From positions 1 to 54,176 of the IMG/VR virus record IMGVR_UViG_2563366830_000017: a stretch of 54,176 nucleotides of DNA. One strand, given 5' to 3'. The stretch is from a virus. Its lineage: Duplodnaviria; Heunggongvirae; Uroviricota; Caudoviricetes. Within the stretch, counting starts at the first letter, position 1; each line of letters starts with the position of its first letter. The notes under the pieces were generated by a model. That model was not told where the DNA came from. It saw nothing but the letters and a program-made list of their open reading frames with translations, and searched no databases. A program made the translations under genes and the position numbers. Of the stretch, positions 9,449 through 19,540 are shown piece after piece.

Positions 9449-10138
9449 TTAACCATGCTTCCTGTACGTCTGCGGCATGCTTCCAATGACCTTACCGAAT
9501 ATGAACACCCGGTTCATCTCGTCTTTCTCGATCGGGTCCCACGGCGAGTAGCTCTTGTTATCAGAGATAACCAGCAGCTTATCCTTCATCATTTGAAGAC
9601 GTTTTACATGGGCAGTGTCGTCGTACAGAAACGCATAGATGCCATCACCGTCGAAAGATTTAACAGTGATATCAACGAACAGCAGGTCACCTGGTTCGAT
9701 CGTCCCTGACATGCTGTCACCTCGCACGTTAATGATGCGGATATTTTCCGCCTTCCTGCCATCGAACATGTGACGAGCATCGTCAAACGAGTACTCAACC
9801 GAGCGTAGAACTTCTACAAACTCACGGTTGATTACACCTGGCCCGGCACTGACTTCTATATCAAGAACGTCAATTTTGAAGTATTTGGAATGGCTGACAG
9901 TTGATTGTATTGGTTGCACTGTACTGTCTGACATATTTCCAACGCCAGAAGATAACCATTCTGCGCGCACACCCAAAGCGTTCGCGATCTCCACGATTTT
10001 AGTTGTTTGGTTAGCTTTCCCTGTTTCGATTTTCTGAATAGCAGCTTGGCTAACCCCGACCAAATCCCCAAGCGCCTTTTGTGTAAGGCCTCGCGCTAAT
10101 CTGGCTTCTTTAAGTCTTTCTGAGAGTGTTGTTTTCAT
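9449..10138 (-). CDS. cI: CI-type repressor (HTH-XRE N-domain plus LexA/S24 peptidase-like C-domain)
   Basis: 229-aa ORF; N-terminal LTQKALGDLVGVSQAAIQKIETGK HTH; C-terminal S24-like region; divergent from cro; not lambda immunity. Confidence 0.85.
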   Translation of the reverse strand: MKTTLSERLKEARLARGLTQKALGDLVGVSQAAIQKIETGKANQTTKIVEIANALGVRAEWLSSGVGNMSDSTVQPIQSTVSHSKYFKIDVLDIEVSAGPGVINREFVEVLRSVEYSFDDARHMFDGRKAENIRIINVRGDSMSGTIEPGDLLFVDITVKSFDGDGIYAFLYDDTAHVKRLQMMKDKLLVISDNKSYSPWDPIEKDEMNRVFIFGKVIGSMPQTYRKHG

Positions 10139-10242
10139 AGATCAAATGTACAACCAAGGTTTTATTCCATCAAACGAAAATGGTTGTTAACTAAAAACAA
10201 CCATAGTTTTAATCTTGATTCGGATTAACCACGGAGGTTGTT
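10139..10242. promoter_or_regulatory. oR/pR-pRM operator region
   Basis: Perfect inverted repeat ATGGTTGTT-N7-AACAACCAT plus a third ACAACCA copy in the cI-cro intergenic. Confidence 0.6.
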
Positions 10243-10473
10243 ATGAACCCAGCAATCAAAACAGCGATCAATATCGTTGGTTCACAAAAGAAACTAGGCG
10301 ATGCCTGCGAAGTTTCACAGCAGGCCGTCTATAAGTGGCTTCACAACAAAGCAAAGGTATCCCCTGAACATGTCGGCAGCATTGTTACGGCTACTGGTGG
10401 AGTTGTGAAGGCATACCAGATTCGCCCGGATCTTCCGAAGTTGTTTCCACACACCGAAAAGAACGCAGCTTAA
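10243..10473 (+). CDS. cro: Cro-like HTH regulator
   Basis: 76-aa ORF divergent from cI with HTH (QKKLGDACEVSQQAVYKWL). Confidence 0.75.
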   Translation: MNPAIKTAINIVGSQKKLGDACEVSQQAVYKWLHNKAKVSPEHVGSIVTATGGVVKAYQIRPDLPKLFPHTEKNAA

Positions 10474-10542
10474 ATTTCCATTTCACGCTCTTTAACAATA
10501 AGCAATCAACTTAACAGTCAATTCAAACTAAAGGAGTCAATT

Positions 10543-11082
10543 ATGCAACCACTTACATACCAACAGACTAGCGGATTTATTCCGACTGCGGTGATAAATC
10601 GTTCTCAAACAAAACAAGCTCCAGGCCACGAAAAAATCCGTGATGCCGTCCGCGCCTGGTCGGCTGTAGATAATCAGGATGTCGTTGCCGCACTCATTGT
10701 GAATGAGTATCGGGAGCAGGGCGACGGCACCATCGATTTCCCTGATGATGTCAGCCGTGCACGCCAGAAGCTGTTCCGCTTCCTCGATAACAAATTCGAT
10801 TCTGAAAAATACCGAAATAACGTGCGTGAACTGACCCCGGCAATTCTGGCGGTACTACCGCTGGAATATCGCGGTTACCTGGTTGAGCAGGATAGCTTCA
10901 TGACTCGGTTGGCTGAAATGGAAAAGGAACTCAGTGAGGCAAAACAGGCTGTCATTCTCAACGCACCACGCCACCAGAAACTGAAGGAAATGAGTGAAGG
11001 TATTGTGTCGATGTTTCGTGTGGACCCGGATCTGGCTGGTCCATTAATGGCGATGGTGACCACCATGCTGGGGGCAATATGA
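10543..11082 (+). CDS. Protein in cII position (179 aa), possible CII-analog/YdaT-like regulator
   Basis: Position between cro and O; not lambda CII by sequence; family assignment tentative. Confidence 0.5.
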   Translation: MQPLTYQQTSGFIPTAVINRSQTKQAPGHEKIRDAVRAWSAVDNQDVVAALIVNEYREQGDGTIDFPDDVSRARQKLFRFLDNKFDSEKYRNNVRELTPAILAVLPLEYRGYLVEQDSFMTRLAEMEKELSEAKQAVILNAPRHQKLKEMSEGIVSMFRVDPDLAGPLMAMVTTMLGAI

Positions 11083-11168
11083 CAGGTTCAGAAATGGCGA
11101 AAGTCGGTCTGCGGGAACAGAACCGACTTTCAGGTGCAAATCGTAACACACTCATTGCGGGAGGAATT

Positions 11169-12098
11169 ATGGCAAACACTGCTGAGATATTCAATTTTCC
11201 AGTGCCGGATGCGGCACAAAAGGAGCCGCGCGTGGCAGATCTCGATGATGGTTATACGCGCATTGCAAATGAGTTGCTGGAAGCTGTGATGCTGGCCGGA
11301 TTAACACAGCACCAGCTTCTGGTCTTCCTGGCTGTCATGCGCAAAACATATGGCTTTAATAAAAAACTGGATTGGGTGAGCAACGAGCAACTTTCCGAGT
11401 TGACCGGGATATTGCCGCACAAGTGTTCTGCTGCAAAAAGCGTTCTGGTAAAGCGTGGGATTCTTATTCAGAGCGGGCGGAATATCGGCATTAATAATGT
11501 GGTCAGTGAATGGTCAACATTCCCCGAATCAGGTAAGAAAAATAAAGTTTACCTGAAAGAGGTAAATTTACCTGAATCAGGTAAGAAAAGTTTACCCAAA
11601 TCAGGTAAAGGCGTTTACCCGAATCAGGTAAACACAAAAGACAAACTAACAAAAGACAATATAAAACCTTTTTCGTCCGAGAATTCTGGCGAATCCTCTG
11701 ACCAACCAGAAAACGATCTTCCTGTGGAGAAACCAGATGCTGCAATTCAGAGCGGCAGCAGGTGGGGGACAGCAGAAGACCTGACCGCCGCAGAGTGGAT
11801 GTTTGACATGGTGAAGACCATCGCGCCATCAGCCAGAAAACCGAATTTTGCAGGGTGGGCTAACGATATCCGCCTGATGCGTGAACGTGACGGACGTAAC
11901 CACCGCGACATGTGCGTGCTGTTCCGCTGGGCATGCCAGGACAACTTCTGGTCCGGTAACGTGCTAAGTCCGGCCAAACTCCGCGACAAGTGGACCCAAC
12001 TCGAAATCAACCGTAACAAGCAACAGGCTGGCGTGACAGCCGGAAAATCAAAACTCGACCTGACAAACACTGACTGGATTTATGGGGTGGATTTATGA
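11169..12098 (+). CDS. O: Replication initiator O (lambda O family)
   Basis: ATG with GGAGGA RBS; internal iterons; C-terminal region lambda-O-like; followed by P. Confidence 0.85.
   Translation: MANTAEIFNFPVPDAAQKEPRVADLDDGYTRIANELLEAVMLAGLTQHQLLVFLAVMRKTYGFNKKLDWVSNEQLSELTGILPHKCSAAKSVLVKRGILIQSGRNIGINNVVSEWSTFPESGKKNKVYLKEVNLPESGKKSLPKSGKGVYPNQVNTKDKLTKDNIKPFSSENSGESSDQPENDLPVEKPDAAIQSGSRWGTAEDLTAAEWMFDMVKTIAPSARKPNFAGWANDIRLMRERDGRNHRDMCVLFRWACQDNFWSGNVLSPAKLRDKWTQLEINRNKQQAGVTAGKSKLDLTNTDWIYGVDL
11520..11625. repeat. ori: Origin iterons inside O (four copies of GAATCAGGTAA-containing repeat)
   Basis: Direct repeats TCCCCGAATCAGGTAAGAAAA / TACCTGAATCAGGTAAGAAAAG / ACCCAAATCAGGTAAAGG / ACCCGAATCAGGTAAACAC read in sequence. 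Confidence 0.8.
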
Positions 12099-12796
12099 AA
12101 AACATCGCCGCACAGATGGTTAACTTTGACCGTGAGCAGATGCGCCGGATCGCCAACAACATGCCGGAACAGTACGACGAAAAGCCGCAGGTACAGCAGG
12201 TAGCGCGGATCATCAACGGTGTGTTCAGCCAGTTACTGGCAACTTTCCCGGCGAGCCTGGCTAACCGGGACCAGAACGAACTGAACGAAATCCGCCGCCA
12301 GTGGGTTCTGGCTTTCCGGGAAAACGGGATCACCACAATGGAACAGGTTAACGCAGGAATGCGCGTAGCCCGTCGGCAGAATCGACCATTCCTGCCATCA
12401 CCCGGGCAGTTTGTCGCCTGGTGCCGGGAAGAAGCATCCGTTACCGCCGGACTGCCAAACGCCAGCGAGCTGGTTGATATGGTTTACGAGTATTGCCGGA
12501 AGCGTGGCCTGTATCCGGACGCAGAGTCTTATCCATGGAAATCAAACGCGCACTACTGGTTGGTTACCAACCTGTACCAGAACATGCGGGCCAATGCGCT
12601 GACTGACGCGGAATTACGGCGTAAAGCTGCCGATGAGCTGACCTGTATGACCGCGCGAATTAACCGTGGTGAGGCGATACCTGAACCAGTAAAACAACTT
12701 CCTGTCATGGGCGGTAGGCCTCTAAATCGTGCACAGGCTCTGGCGAAGATCGCAGAAATCAAAGCGAAGTTCGGACTGAAAGGAGCAACTGTATGA
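12095..12796 (+). CDS. P: Replication protein P (DnaB helicase loader)
   Basis: 233-aa ORF MKNIAAQMVNFDREQMRRIANNMPEQYDEKPQVQQVA... matches lambda P. Confidence 0.97.
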   Translation: MKNIAAQMVNFDREQMRRIANNMPEQYDEKPQVQQVARIINGVFSQLLATFPASLANRDQNELNEIRRQWVLAFRENGITTMEQVNAGMRVARRQNRPFLPSPGQFVAWCREEASVTAGLPNASELVDMVYEYCRKRGLYPDAESYPWKSNAHYWLVTNLYQNMRANALTDAELRRKAADELTCMTARINRGEAIPEPVKQLPVMGGRPLNRAQALAKIAEIKAKFGLKGATV

Positions 12797-12966
12797 CGGG
12801 CAAAGAGGCAATTATTCATTATCTGGAGACGCACAAGAGCTTCTGTGCGCCGGACGTTGCTGCGACAACAGGTGTGACATTAACCAGCATAAATCAGGCT
12901 GCGGCAAAAATGGCGCGGGCAGGAATCCTGGTCATTGATGGTAAGGTCTGGCGAACGTTTGTTTAA
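12793..12966 (+). pseudogene. ren: ren, C-terminally truncated (57 aa versus 96 aa in lambda as I recall it)
   Basis: Hand translation MTGKEAIIHYLETHKSFCAPDVAATTGVTLTSINQAAAKMARAGILVIDGKVWRTFV-stop; lambda-like N-terminus then stop. Confidence 0.55.
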
Positions 12967-13112
12967 CGGTTAGCTACTCAGGATGATAGGGCGGGGCAAG
13001 TGAGTATGAAGCGGATTTTCAGGAATGCCATCAGAGTTTGGAAATAAAGTGGGTTTTCTAGTGGCAAGAGACTTGATAATATTTAGTTCTTTAAATCCAA
13101 GGAGATAGGGTT

Positions 13113-13607
13113 ATGAGAAAATTTATTATAGCCTTTGTCATAAGTGCCTCGTTTACTGCAAATGCTGGTGTAGAGAAGTTAGGGTCGTGGATAACAAAGT
13201 CTGAGATAAATAAAATGACTGACCAGACTGACTTTGTGGCTCTTAATTTATCACCAGATTCATATAACAAAGCAGGTACTGATCGTGCAACTTCACTGGT
13301 GTTGCGTTGTAGTGATAACAAAACAGATGCCTATTTATCATTCAATGATTATATGGGTTCGGACAACCCAAGAATTACAGTGCGGTTAGATGGCGGAAAG
13401 CCGGTCAAGAGTGCTTGGGGAGGTGGGGAAGGCGGTGATTCTGCATTTGCTCCACAACCAATACAATTTATAAAGACCTTGGCTAAGCATAAAAAAGCTA
13501 TTTTTGGGTTTGAACCTTATGGATCAACTATGCAAGTAGTTGAGTTTGACTTGTCTGAGATTGATAAGGTTGTGGAAAAAATTTCACAGTCTTGCAATTG
13601 GAAATGA
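13113..13607 (+). CDS. Secreted hypothetical protein (signal peptide), AT-rich moron
   Basis: MRKFIIAFVISASFTANA signal peptide; own downstream terminator; not part of canonical lambda nin region. Confidence 0.65.
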   Translation: MRKFIIAFVISASFTANAGVEKLGSWITKSEINKMTDQTDFVALNLSPDSYNKAGTDRATSLVLRCSDNKTDAYLSFNDYMGSDNPRITVRLDGGKPVKSAWGGGEGGDSAFAPQPIQFIKTLAKHKKAIFGFEPYGSTMQVVEFDLSEIDKVVEKISQSCNWK

Positions 13608-13624
13608 CAAAAAAATTTCATATG

Positions 13625-13651
13625 AACCCAGTTGGCGCTGGGTTTTTTATT
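13625..13651 (+). terminator. Rho-independent terminator
   Basis: AACCCAG-TTGGCG-CTGGGTT hairpin followed by TTTTTTATTT. Confidence 0.7.
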
Positions 13652-14244
13652 TCAGTAGCCAATAATGCATTCAAAATCTCTTACTTGAGAAACGGCCTAT
13701 TTGAGATTTCAGTCGTGGCAGGATGATCAGTTGATTCGAGTATTGACGCATTTGCGTTCGGAGCGATTACAGTAGATTGTAAATAATAATGAGAAACACA
13801 TAGCCACATAGCCACCCCGTGGTATTGAAACCATATAATGTTGGATTTGAAAACAGATCTTTTCCCATGTATTAATAACTACATCCCCGCGAGTGATTCA
13901 AAAAGGAGGGCCCAATTTTGTCCGAGTTTTTGTATTCCCCCGCATGCCGCTGCGGAGCACTACATCTGAGTGTCTGACTAGGGGATAAAATTAGACTGGA
14001 TAGTGAGAAGAAAGTGGCGCGCTAGGCTGTGCCGAGTGCTACCAGTACACCTTGGGGGTGTGCAGCTTTCGCCGAGACTGTAGTGGGTATCGGTTAATGC
14101 ACGAAAAACCGAGAGGTCAGACAACCAATTTGCCGTAGGATTGTTTCCGGTGCGATACCGGTCTACTAACTGAAAGCAATGCGAAAAAGCATAAACTCGG
14201 TCCTTCAGTCGCCCTACACACTATTTACTAAGAAGGGCTGAAGC

Positions 14245-14445
14245 ATGGATACAATTATTACATGGATGGGAGATCGTCTGTTGGGGGGGACACAAAAATC
14301 CGATCTGCAGCAGATGGCGATCACTGGATTAACTTCCGCGATTTGTTCAACAATTTTGTACACTGAAAAATTAAAACATGGTGAGCCTATTAACCCAAAC
14401 GAAGAAGAAAAACTTTATAGGCTTTGGTATGAAGGAAACGCTTGA
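14245..14445 (+). CDS. Hypothetical small ORF (66 aa), coding status doubtful
   Basis: Only ORF of 60 aa or more in a ~1-kb stretch; no recognised features. Confidence 0.25.
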   Translation: MDTIITWMGDRLLGGTQKSDLQQMAITGLTSAICSTILYTEKLKHGEPINPNEEEKLYRLWYEGNA

Positions 14446-14651
14446 AAGAATAAAGCACAATTAAAACCTTTGATTTGCGATAATCAACTTGCCATAATTA
14501 AGTAATCGGAGCCTGAACAACTCCGGTGACTTCTGCGCTAAACGGGGACGTTTATGCGCACATACAATCCAAACTATCTTCTCCTTTCACAGATGCAGAA
14601 ATGCACCTGCAATTCTTTGCATCTAGCGTTTGACCTCTGTGGAGGTGAAGC

Positions 14652-15107
14652 GTGAACCTCCCACAAGATGGCATCAAATTGCATCGCGGTAACTTCACCG
14701 CTATCGGTCAGCAGATCCAGCCTTATCTGGAAGACGGCAAATGCTTTCGCATGGTGCTTAAACCGTGGCGAGAGAGACGCAGTCTTTCCCAGAATGCACT
14801 CAGCCACATGTGGTACAGCGAAATCAGTGAATACCTCATCAGCAGGGGGAAATCGTTCGCTACCGCAGCATGGGTAAAAGATGCTCTCAAACACACATAC
14901 CTCGGTTATGAAACCAAGGACCTGGTTGATGTCGTAACCGGCGAAATCACTACTATCCAGTCGTTACGCCATACCTCCGATCTTGATACCGGAGAGATGT
15001 ATGTCTTCCTGTGTAAGGTTGAAGCCTGGGCGATGAATATTGGCTGCCACCTGACTATTCCGCAGAGCTGCGAGTTCCAGCTGCTGCGCGACAAGCAGGA
15101 GGCGTAA
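14652..15107 (+). CDS. ninB: NinB-like recombination protein (YbcN-like)
   Basis: 151 aa; [12 protein letters not shown] resembles NinB RSLDQN motif; position at start of nin region. Confidence 0.65.
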   Translation: MNLPQDGIKLHRGNFTAIGQQIQPYLEDGKCFRMVLKPWRERRSLSQNALSHMWYSEISEYLISRGKSFATAAWVKDALKHTYLGYETKDLVDVVTGEITTIQSLRHTSDLDTGEMYVFLCKVEAWAMNIGCHLTIPQSCEFQLLRDKQEA

Positions 15108-15277
15108 TGGCTACACCGCTTATTCGTGTCATGAACGGACACATCTACAAAGTACCAAATCGTCGTAAGCGTAAACCTGAGCTGAAGCCATCCGAAATAC
15201 CAACACTGCTCGGATATACCGCTAGCCTGGTTGATAAAAAATGGTTGCGACTGGCAGCAAGGAGGAATCATGGCTGA
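15107..15277 (+). CDS. ninE: NinE-like small protein
   Basis: Hand-translated 56-aa [33 protein letters not shown]...; start overlaps ninB stop (TAATG). Confidence 0.55.
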   Translation: MATPLIRVMNGHIYKVPNRRKRKPELKPSEIPTLLGYTASLVDKKWLRLAARRNHG

Positions 15278-15560
15278 TTTGAGAAAAGCAGCGCGTGGTC
15301 GGGAATGCCAGGTAAGAATCCCTGGCGTATGTAATGGCAACCCTGAAACGTCTGTACTGGCACATATCCGGCTGACTGGATTGTGCGGCACCGGTACGAA
15401 ACCGCCAGACCTGATTGCCACCATTGCATGTTCTGCCTGCCACGACGAAATCGACCGCCGCACGCATTTTGTTGACGCTGGATATGCAAAAGAATGCGCG
15501 CTGGAAGGTATGGCGAGAACGCAGGTTATCTGGCTGAAAGAGGGGGTAATTAAGGCGTGA
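15270..15560 (+). CDS. YbcO-like putative nuclease (DUF1364-type Cys-rich protein)
   Basis: [40 protein letters not shown]...[11 protein letters not shown]; matches DLP12 YbcO as I recall. Confidence 0.7.
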   Translation: MADLRKAARGRECQVRIPGVCNGNPETSVLAHIRLTGLCGTGTKPPDLIATIACSACHDEIDRRTHFVDAGYAKECALEGMARTQVIWLKEGVIKA

Positions 15561-15919
15561 ATACTTACCACATCACACTACCCTGGCCGCCGAGCAATAA
15601 CCGCTACTACCGCCATAATCGAGGGCGCACGCACATCAGCGCAGAAGGGCAGGCATACCGCGATAACGTCGCCCGAATCATTAAAGGCTCAATGCTGGAT
15701 ATCGGTCTGGCTATGCCTGTGAAAATCCGCATTGAGTGCCACATGCCGGATCGCCGTCGCCGTGACCTGGATAATCTACAAAAAGCCTCTTTTGACGCAC
15801 TCACCAAAGCAGGTTTCTGGCTGGATGATGCTCAGGTCGTTGATTACCGCGTTGTGAAGATGCCTGTTACCAAAGGTGGGAGGCTGGAACTGACCATCAC
15901 CGAAATGGGGAATGAATGA
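15557..15919 (+). CDS. rusA: Holliday junction resolvase RusA
   Basis: 120-aa [39 protein letters not shown]... matches RusA. Confidence 0.92.
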   Translation: MNTYHITLPWPPSNNRYYRHNRGRTHISAEGQAYRDNVARIIKGSMLDIGLAMPVKIRIECHMPDRRRRDLDNLQKASFDALTKAGFWLDDAQVVDYRVVKMPVTKGGRLELTITEMGNE

Positions 15920-16056
15920 TGTTTGAGTTTTATATGGCAGAACTTCTTCGCCACCGCTGGGGGCATCTGCGCTTATATCGTTTCCCCGGTTCTGTTTTGA
16001 CCGATTACCGAATACTGAAGAATTACGCCAAAACCCTGACAGGAGCAGGAGTATGA
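15916..16056 (+). CDS. YlcG-like small protein (46 aa)
   Basis: Hand translation [46 protein letters not shown]; overlaps rusA stop. Confidence 0.5.
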   Translation: MMFEFYMAELLRHRWGHLRLYRFPGSVLTDYRILKNYAKTLTGAGV

Positions 16057-16141
16057 AGTCAGAGATAACAATCAACTAATACTGTTTTGTTGATTTTTGC
16101 TTGTAATTGGCGTTCTGGTCTGATTTTTGTGGAGTAAGTTG

Positions 16142-16525
16142 ATGCGTGATATTCAGATGGTTCTTGAGCGTTGGGGAGCGTGGGCGGCTAATAATCATGA
16201 AGATGTGACCTGGTCGTCCATTGCCGCCGGTTTTAAGGGATTAATTACTTCAAAAGTAAAATCTCGCCCGCAATGTTGTGACGATGACGCTATGATCATT
16301 TGCGGGTGCATGGCCCGTCTGAAAAAGAACAACAGCGATTTGCACGATTTATTAGTAGATTATTATGTAGTCGGTATGACATTCATGTCACTGGCAGGTA
16401 AGCATTGCTGCTCTGATGGTTATATCGGGAAAAGGTTACAGAAGGCTGAGGGCATAATTGAAGGGATGTTAATGGCATTAGATATCCAGTTAGAGATGGA
16501 TATCGTTGTTAATAACTCTAATTAA
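16142..16525 (+). CDS. Q: Late antiterminator Q (phage 82/DLP12 QuuD type)
   Basis: [34 protein letters not shown]... with Cys-rich zinc-binding region; GGAG RBS upstream. Confidence 0.9.
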   Translation: MRDIQMVLERWGAWAANNHEDVTWSSIAAGFKGLITSKVKSRPQCCDDDAMIICGCMARLKKNNSDLHDLLVDYYVVGMTFMSLAGKHCCSDGYIGKRLQKAEGIIEGMLMALDIQLEMDIVVNNSN

Positions 16526-16539
16526 TATGCCAATTGTTT

Positions 16540-16576
16540 ACTAAAAATTATTAAAAATGGGGCGTTGAGACGCCCC
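16540..16576 (-). terminator. Hairpin GGGGCGTTGAGACGCCCC with minus-strand T-run (candidate nmpC terminator)
   Basis: Perfect 7-bp stem; T-rich tract follows on minus strand. Confidence 0.4.
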
Positions 16577-16664
16577 CAAAAATAAAGGGTAATATATAAC
16601 AGAAGGTTTATATAGTTAGAAGCAAGGTTGTGCTTCTAAAGGAAGTGGCTTGAGGGAGCCACTT

Positions 16665-16705
16665 ATATGTTGGGGAGGCAACGCCTCCCGCAACATATCT
16701 TTTTC
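16665..16705 (+). terminator. Long hairpin followed by CTTTTT (candidate late-region tR-prime-like terminator)
   Basis: ATATGTTG-GGGAGGC-AACG-CCTCCC-G-CAACATAT stem-loop followed directly by CTTTTTCG. Confidence 0.45.
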
Positions 16706-16714
16706 GTAATCAGA

Positions 16715-17797
16715 TTAGAACTGGTAAACCAGACCTACAGCGACGATGTCGTCGGTATCAATACCAGCTGTTTTGGTAAACTTACTATCGTCAATTAAGT
16801 TGATTTTGTAATCAACAAAAGTGGACATGTTTTTATTAAAGTAGTAAGTAGCACCGACATCGACATACTTGACTAAGTCTCGGTCACCATGAACACCAAG
16901 GTCTTTACCTTTTGACTGAAGGTAAGCAACAGATGGGCGCAGACCGAAGTCAAACTGATATTGTGCTACTGCTTCAAAGTTTTGTGCTTTGTTTGCAATA
17001 TGGTTATTACCAAAAACGGTCATATTCTGAGTTTCAGAATATGTGGTAGCCAGATAGATATTGTTCGCATCATATTTCAGGCCTGCAGCCCATACTTCCG
17101 CATTTTTGCCGGAGGCATTGAATTTGCTCTTACCATAGGCGACCTGACCGTCAGTGCGATCTGATTTAGCATAGGTTGCACCCACGCCGAATCCTTCATA
17201 CTCATAAGTAGTGGAGAAACCGAAACCATCACCATTGGCTTCAGTTACGTCAGTGCGGTCATTTTTACCCTGATACTGAGCAGCAAAGTTCAGGCCATCG
17301 ACCAGACCAAAGAAGTCGTTGTTACGATAAGTTGCAACACCAGTAGTGCGACCAGTCATGAACACATCTGTTTGGGTCCAGGTATCACCACCGAATTCTG
17401 GCAGAACGTCAGTCCACGCACCGATGTCGTATGCTACACCGTAGTTACGGCCGTAATCGATTGAGCCGTAATCACCAAATTTCAGGCCTGCAAATGCAAG
17501 ACGGGTTTTGTCTTTGGAAGAACCTTGAGATTCAGCGCGGTTGCCTTTGAATTCATATTCCCACTGACCGAAACCAGTCAGTTGATCGTTGATTTGGGTT
17601 TCACCTTTGAAGCCAAGACGGGCATAAGTAGTATCACCATCATCTGCATCATTAGAGGAGAAGTAGTGCTTAGCATTAACTTTCCCGTACAGATCCAGCT
17701 TGTTACTGTCTTTATTATAAATTTCAGCTGCCTGAGCAGACATCGCCATCAGTACTGATGCAGCTACAGCAGAAATTGCCACTGTTAATTTTTTCAT
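16715..17797 (-). CDS. nmpC: Outer membrane porin NmpC/Lc-type (OmpC family), prophage moron
   Basis: Signal peptide [23 protein letters not shown], porin-like sequence ending in ...VGLVYQF; start set at MKKL. Confidence 0.9.
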   Translation of the reverse strand: MKKLTVAISAVAASVLMAMSAQAAEIYNKDSNKLDLYGKVNAKHYFSSNDADDGDTTYARLGFKGETQINDQLTGFGQWEYEFKGNRAESQGSSKDKTRLAFAGLKFGDYGSIDYGRNYGVAYDIGAWTDVLPEFGGDTWTQTDVFMTGRTTGVATYRNNDFFGLVDGLNFAAQYQGKNDRTDVTEANGDGFGFSTTYEYEGFGVGATYAKSDRTDGQVAYGKSKFNASGKNAEVWAAGLKYDANNIYLATTYSETQNMTVFGNNHIANKAQNFEAVAQYQFDFGLRPSVAYLQSKGKDLGVHGDRDLVKYVDVGATYYFNKNMSTFVDYKINLIDDSKFTKTAGIDTDDIVAVGLVYQF

Positions 17798-18369
17798 CGT
17801 GAGCCCTTTTTTTGAACTATTATTAAAAAATGATGTCACTGCGCGATAAATATTCATCTAATCAATGTGATTATTTCAAGATGTAAGTTTTGGTTTCTCG
17901 TTTGATTTGTGAAGTAGATCTCTATTTTTATCTGAACTTTTTTCTATCGAATCCTATTCATGGCTCTTGGCTGAATAAAAATAAATCTATTAGCCAATTT
18001 ATATTAATGGCTGTTATTTATAAGTGCTCTATAATTTGAAGGTTCAATTTAAATCGGCTAAAAATAACGCTGGAAATTATTTGTTGGTTATTTGTTGAGA
18101 TTTGCTTATGTATTTGTAGTGGTGTTTTCAATACTCGGTAGCATTCTCGCAAATATCATTTAGTGGTTTACGTACGTAAAAAATTGGTTATGCTGTTAAG
18201 AGTGGTTACTTCGTCACACAGCTTAAACCCGCCGTCGAGCGGGTTTTTCCATTTTTTGAGTCTCGATATTAGCTGATAACCCAATACCTGAGTTATTCAC
18301 TGACTCCGAGTCTGTTACGTTTCGTAGTATTCCCTCAATTTACACCCGCTTTGTCTGCGAGGTGGGGTT

Positions 18370-18585
18370 ATGAAATCCATGGATAAGTTAACAACGGGTG
18401 TCGCCTATGGCACCTCAGCAGGTAGTGCCGGGTACTGGTTTTTACAGCTGCTAGATAAAGTCACGCCCTCACAGTGGGCGGCAATTGGAGTGCTGGGTAG
18501 CCTGGTATTTGGCCTGCTGACGTACCTGACAAACCTTTATTTCAAGATTAAAGAAGATAAGCGCAAGGCTGCGAGAGGTGAATAA
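18370..18585 (+). CDS. S: Pinholin (phage 21 S-type holin)
   Basis: 71 aa [31 protein letters not shown]... matches S21 class. Confidence 0.9.
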
Positions 18586-19082
18586 TGCCTCCATCATTAC
18601 GAAAAGCCGTTGCTGCTGCTATTGGTGGCGGAGCAATTGCTATAGCATCAGTGTTAATTACTGGCCCAAGTGGTAACGATGGTCTGGAAGGTGTCAGCTA
18701 CATACCATACAAAGATATTGTTGGTGTATGGACTGTATGTCACGGGCATACAGGAAAAGACATCATGCTCGGTAAAACGTATACCAAAGCAGAATGCAAA
18801 GCACTCTTGAATAAAGACCTTGCCACTGTCGCCAGACAAATTAACCCGTACATCAAAGTCGATATACCGGAAACAACGCGCGGCGCTCTTTACTCATTCG
18901 TTTACAACGTGGGTGCTGGCAATTTCAGAACATCGACGCTTCTTCGCAAAATAAACCAGGGCGATATCAAAGGCGCATGTGATCAGCTACGTCGCTGGAC
19001 ATATGCTGGCGGTAAGCAATGGAAAGGTCTCATGACTCGTCGTGAGATTGAGCGTGAAATCTGTTTGTGGGGTCAGCAATGA
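18585..19082 (+). CDS. R: SAR endolysin (lysozyme)
   Basis: 165 aa with N-terminal SAR hydrophobic segment [18 protein letters not shown] and lysozyme-like body. Confidence 0.9.
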   Translation: MPPSLRKAVAAAIGGGAIAIASVLITGPSGNDGLEGVSYIPYKDIVGVWTVCHGHTGKDIMLGKTYTKAECKALLNKDLATVARQINPYIKVDIPETTRGALYSFVYNVGAGNFRTSTLLRKINQGDIKGACDQLRRWTYAGGKQWKGLMTRREIEREICLWGQQ

Positions 19083-19540
19083 ACAGAGTAACCGCGATTA
19101 TCTCCGCTCTGGTTATCTGCATCATCGTCTGCCTGTCATGGGCTGTTAATCATTACCGTGATAACGCCATTACCTACAAAGCCCAGCGCGACAAAAATGC
19201 CAGAGAACTGAAGCTGGCGAACGCGGCAATTACTGACATGCAGATGCGTCAGCGTGATGTTGCTGCGCTCGATGCAAAATACACGAAGGAGTTAGCTGAT
19301 GCGAAAGCTGAAAATGATGCTCTGCGTGATGATGTTGCCGCTGGTCGTCGTCGGTTGCACATCAAAGCAGTCTGTCAGTCAGTGCGTGAAGCCACCACCG
19401 CCTCCGGCGTGGATAATGCAGCCTCCCCCCGACTGGCAGACACCGCTGAACGGGATTATTTCACCCTCAGAGAGAGGCTGATCACTATGCAAAAACAACT
19501 GGAAGGAACCCAGAAGTATATTAATGAGCAGTGCAGATAG
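19079..19540 (+). CDS. Rz: Spanin inner-membrane subunit Rz
   Basis: [25 protein letters not shown] anchor followed by coiled-coil region. Confidence 0.85.
   Translation: MNRVTAIISALVICIIVCLSWAVNHYRDNAITYKAQRDKNARELKLANAAITDMQMRQRDVAALDAKYTKELADAKAENDALRDDVAAGRRRLHIKAVCQSVREATTASGVDNAASPRLADTAERDYFTLRERLITMQKQLEGTQKYINEQCR
19299..19481 (+). CDS. Rz1: Spanin outer-membrane lipoprotein Rz1 (embedded in Rz, +1 frame)
   Basis: [22 protein letters not shown] lipobox and proline-rich body, nested within Rz. Confidence 0.7.
   Translation: MRKLKMMLCVMMLPLVVVGCTSKQSVSQCVKPPPPPAWIMQPPPDWQTPLNGIISPSERG

Noticed and set aside
14574-14894. 106-aa minus-strand ORF overlapping ninB
   Set aside because: Antisense to a plausible NinB-family gene within a plus-strand operon; no independent support.
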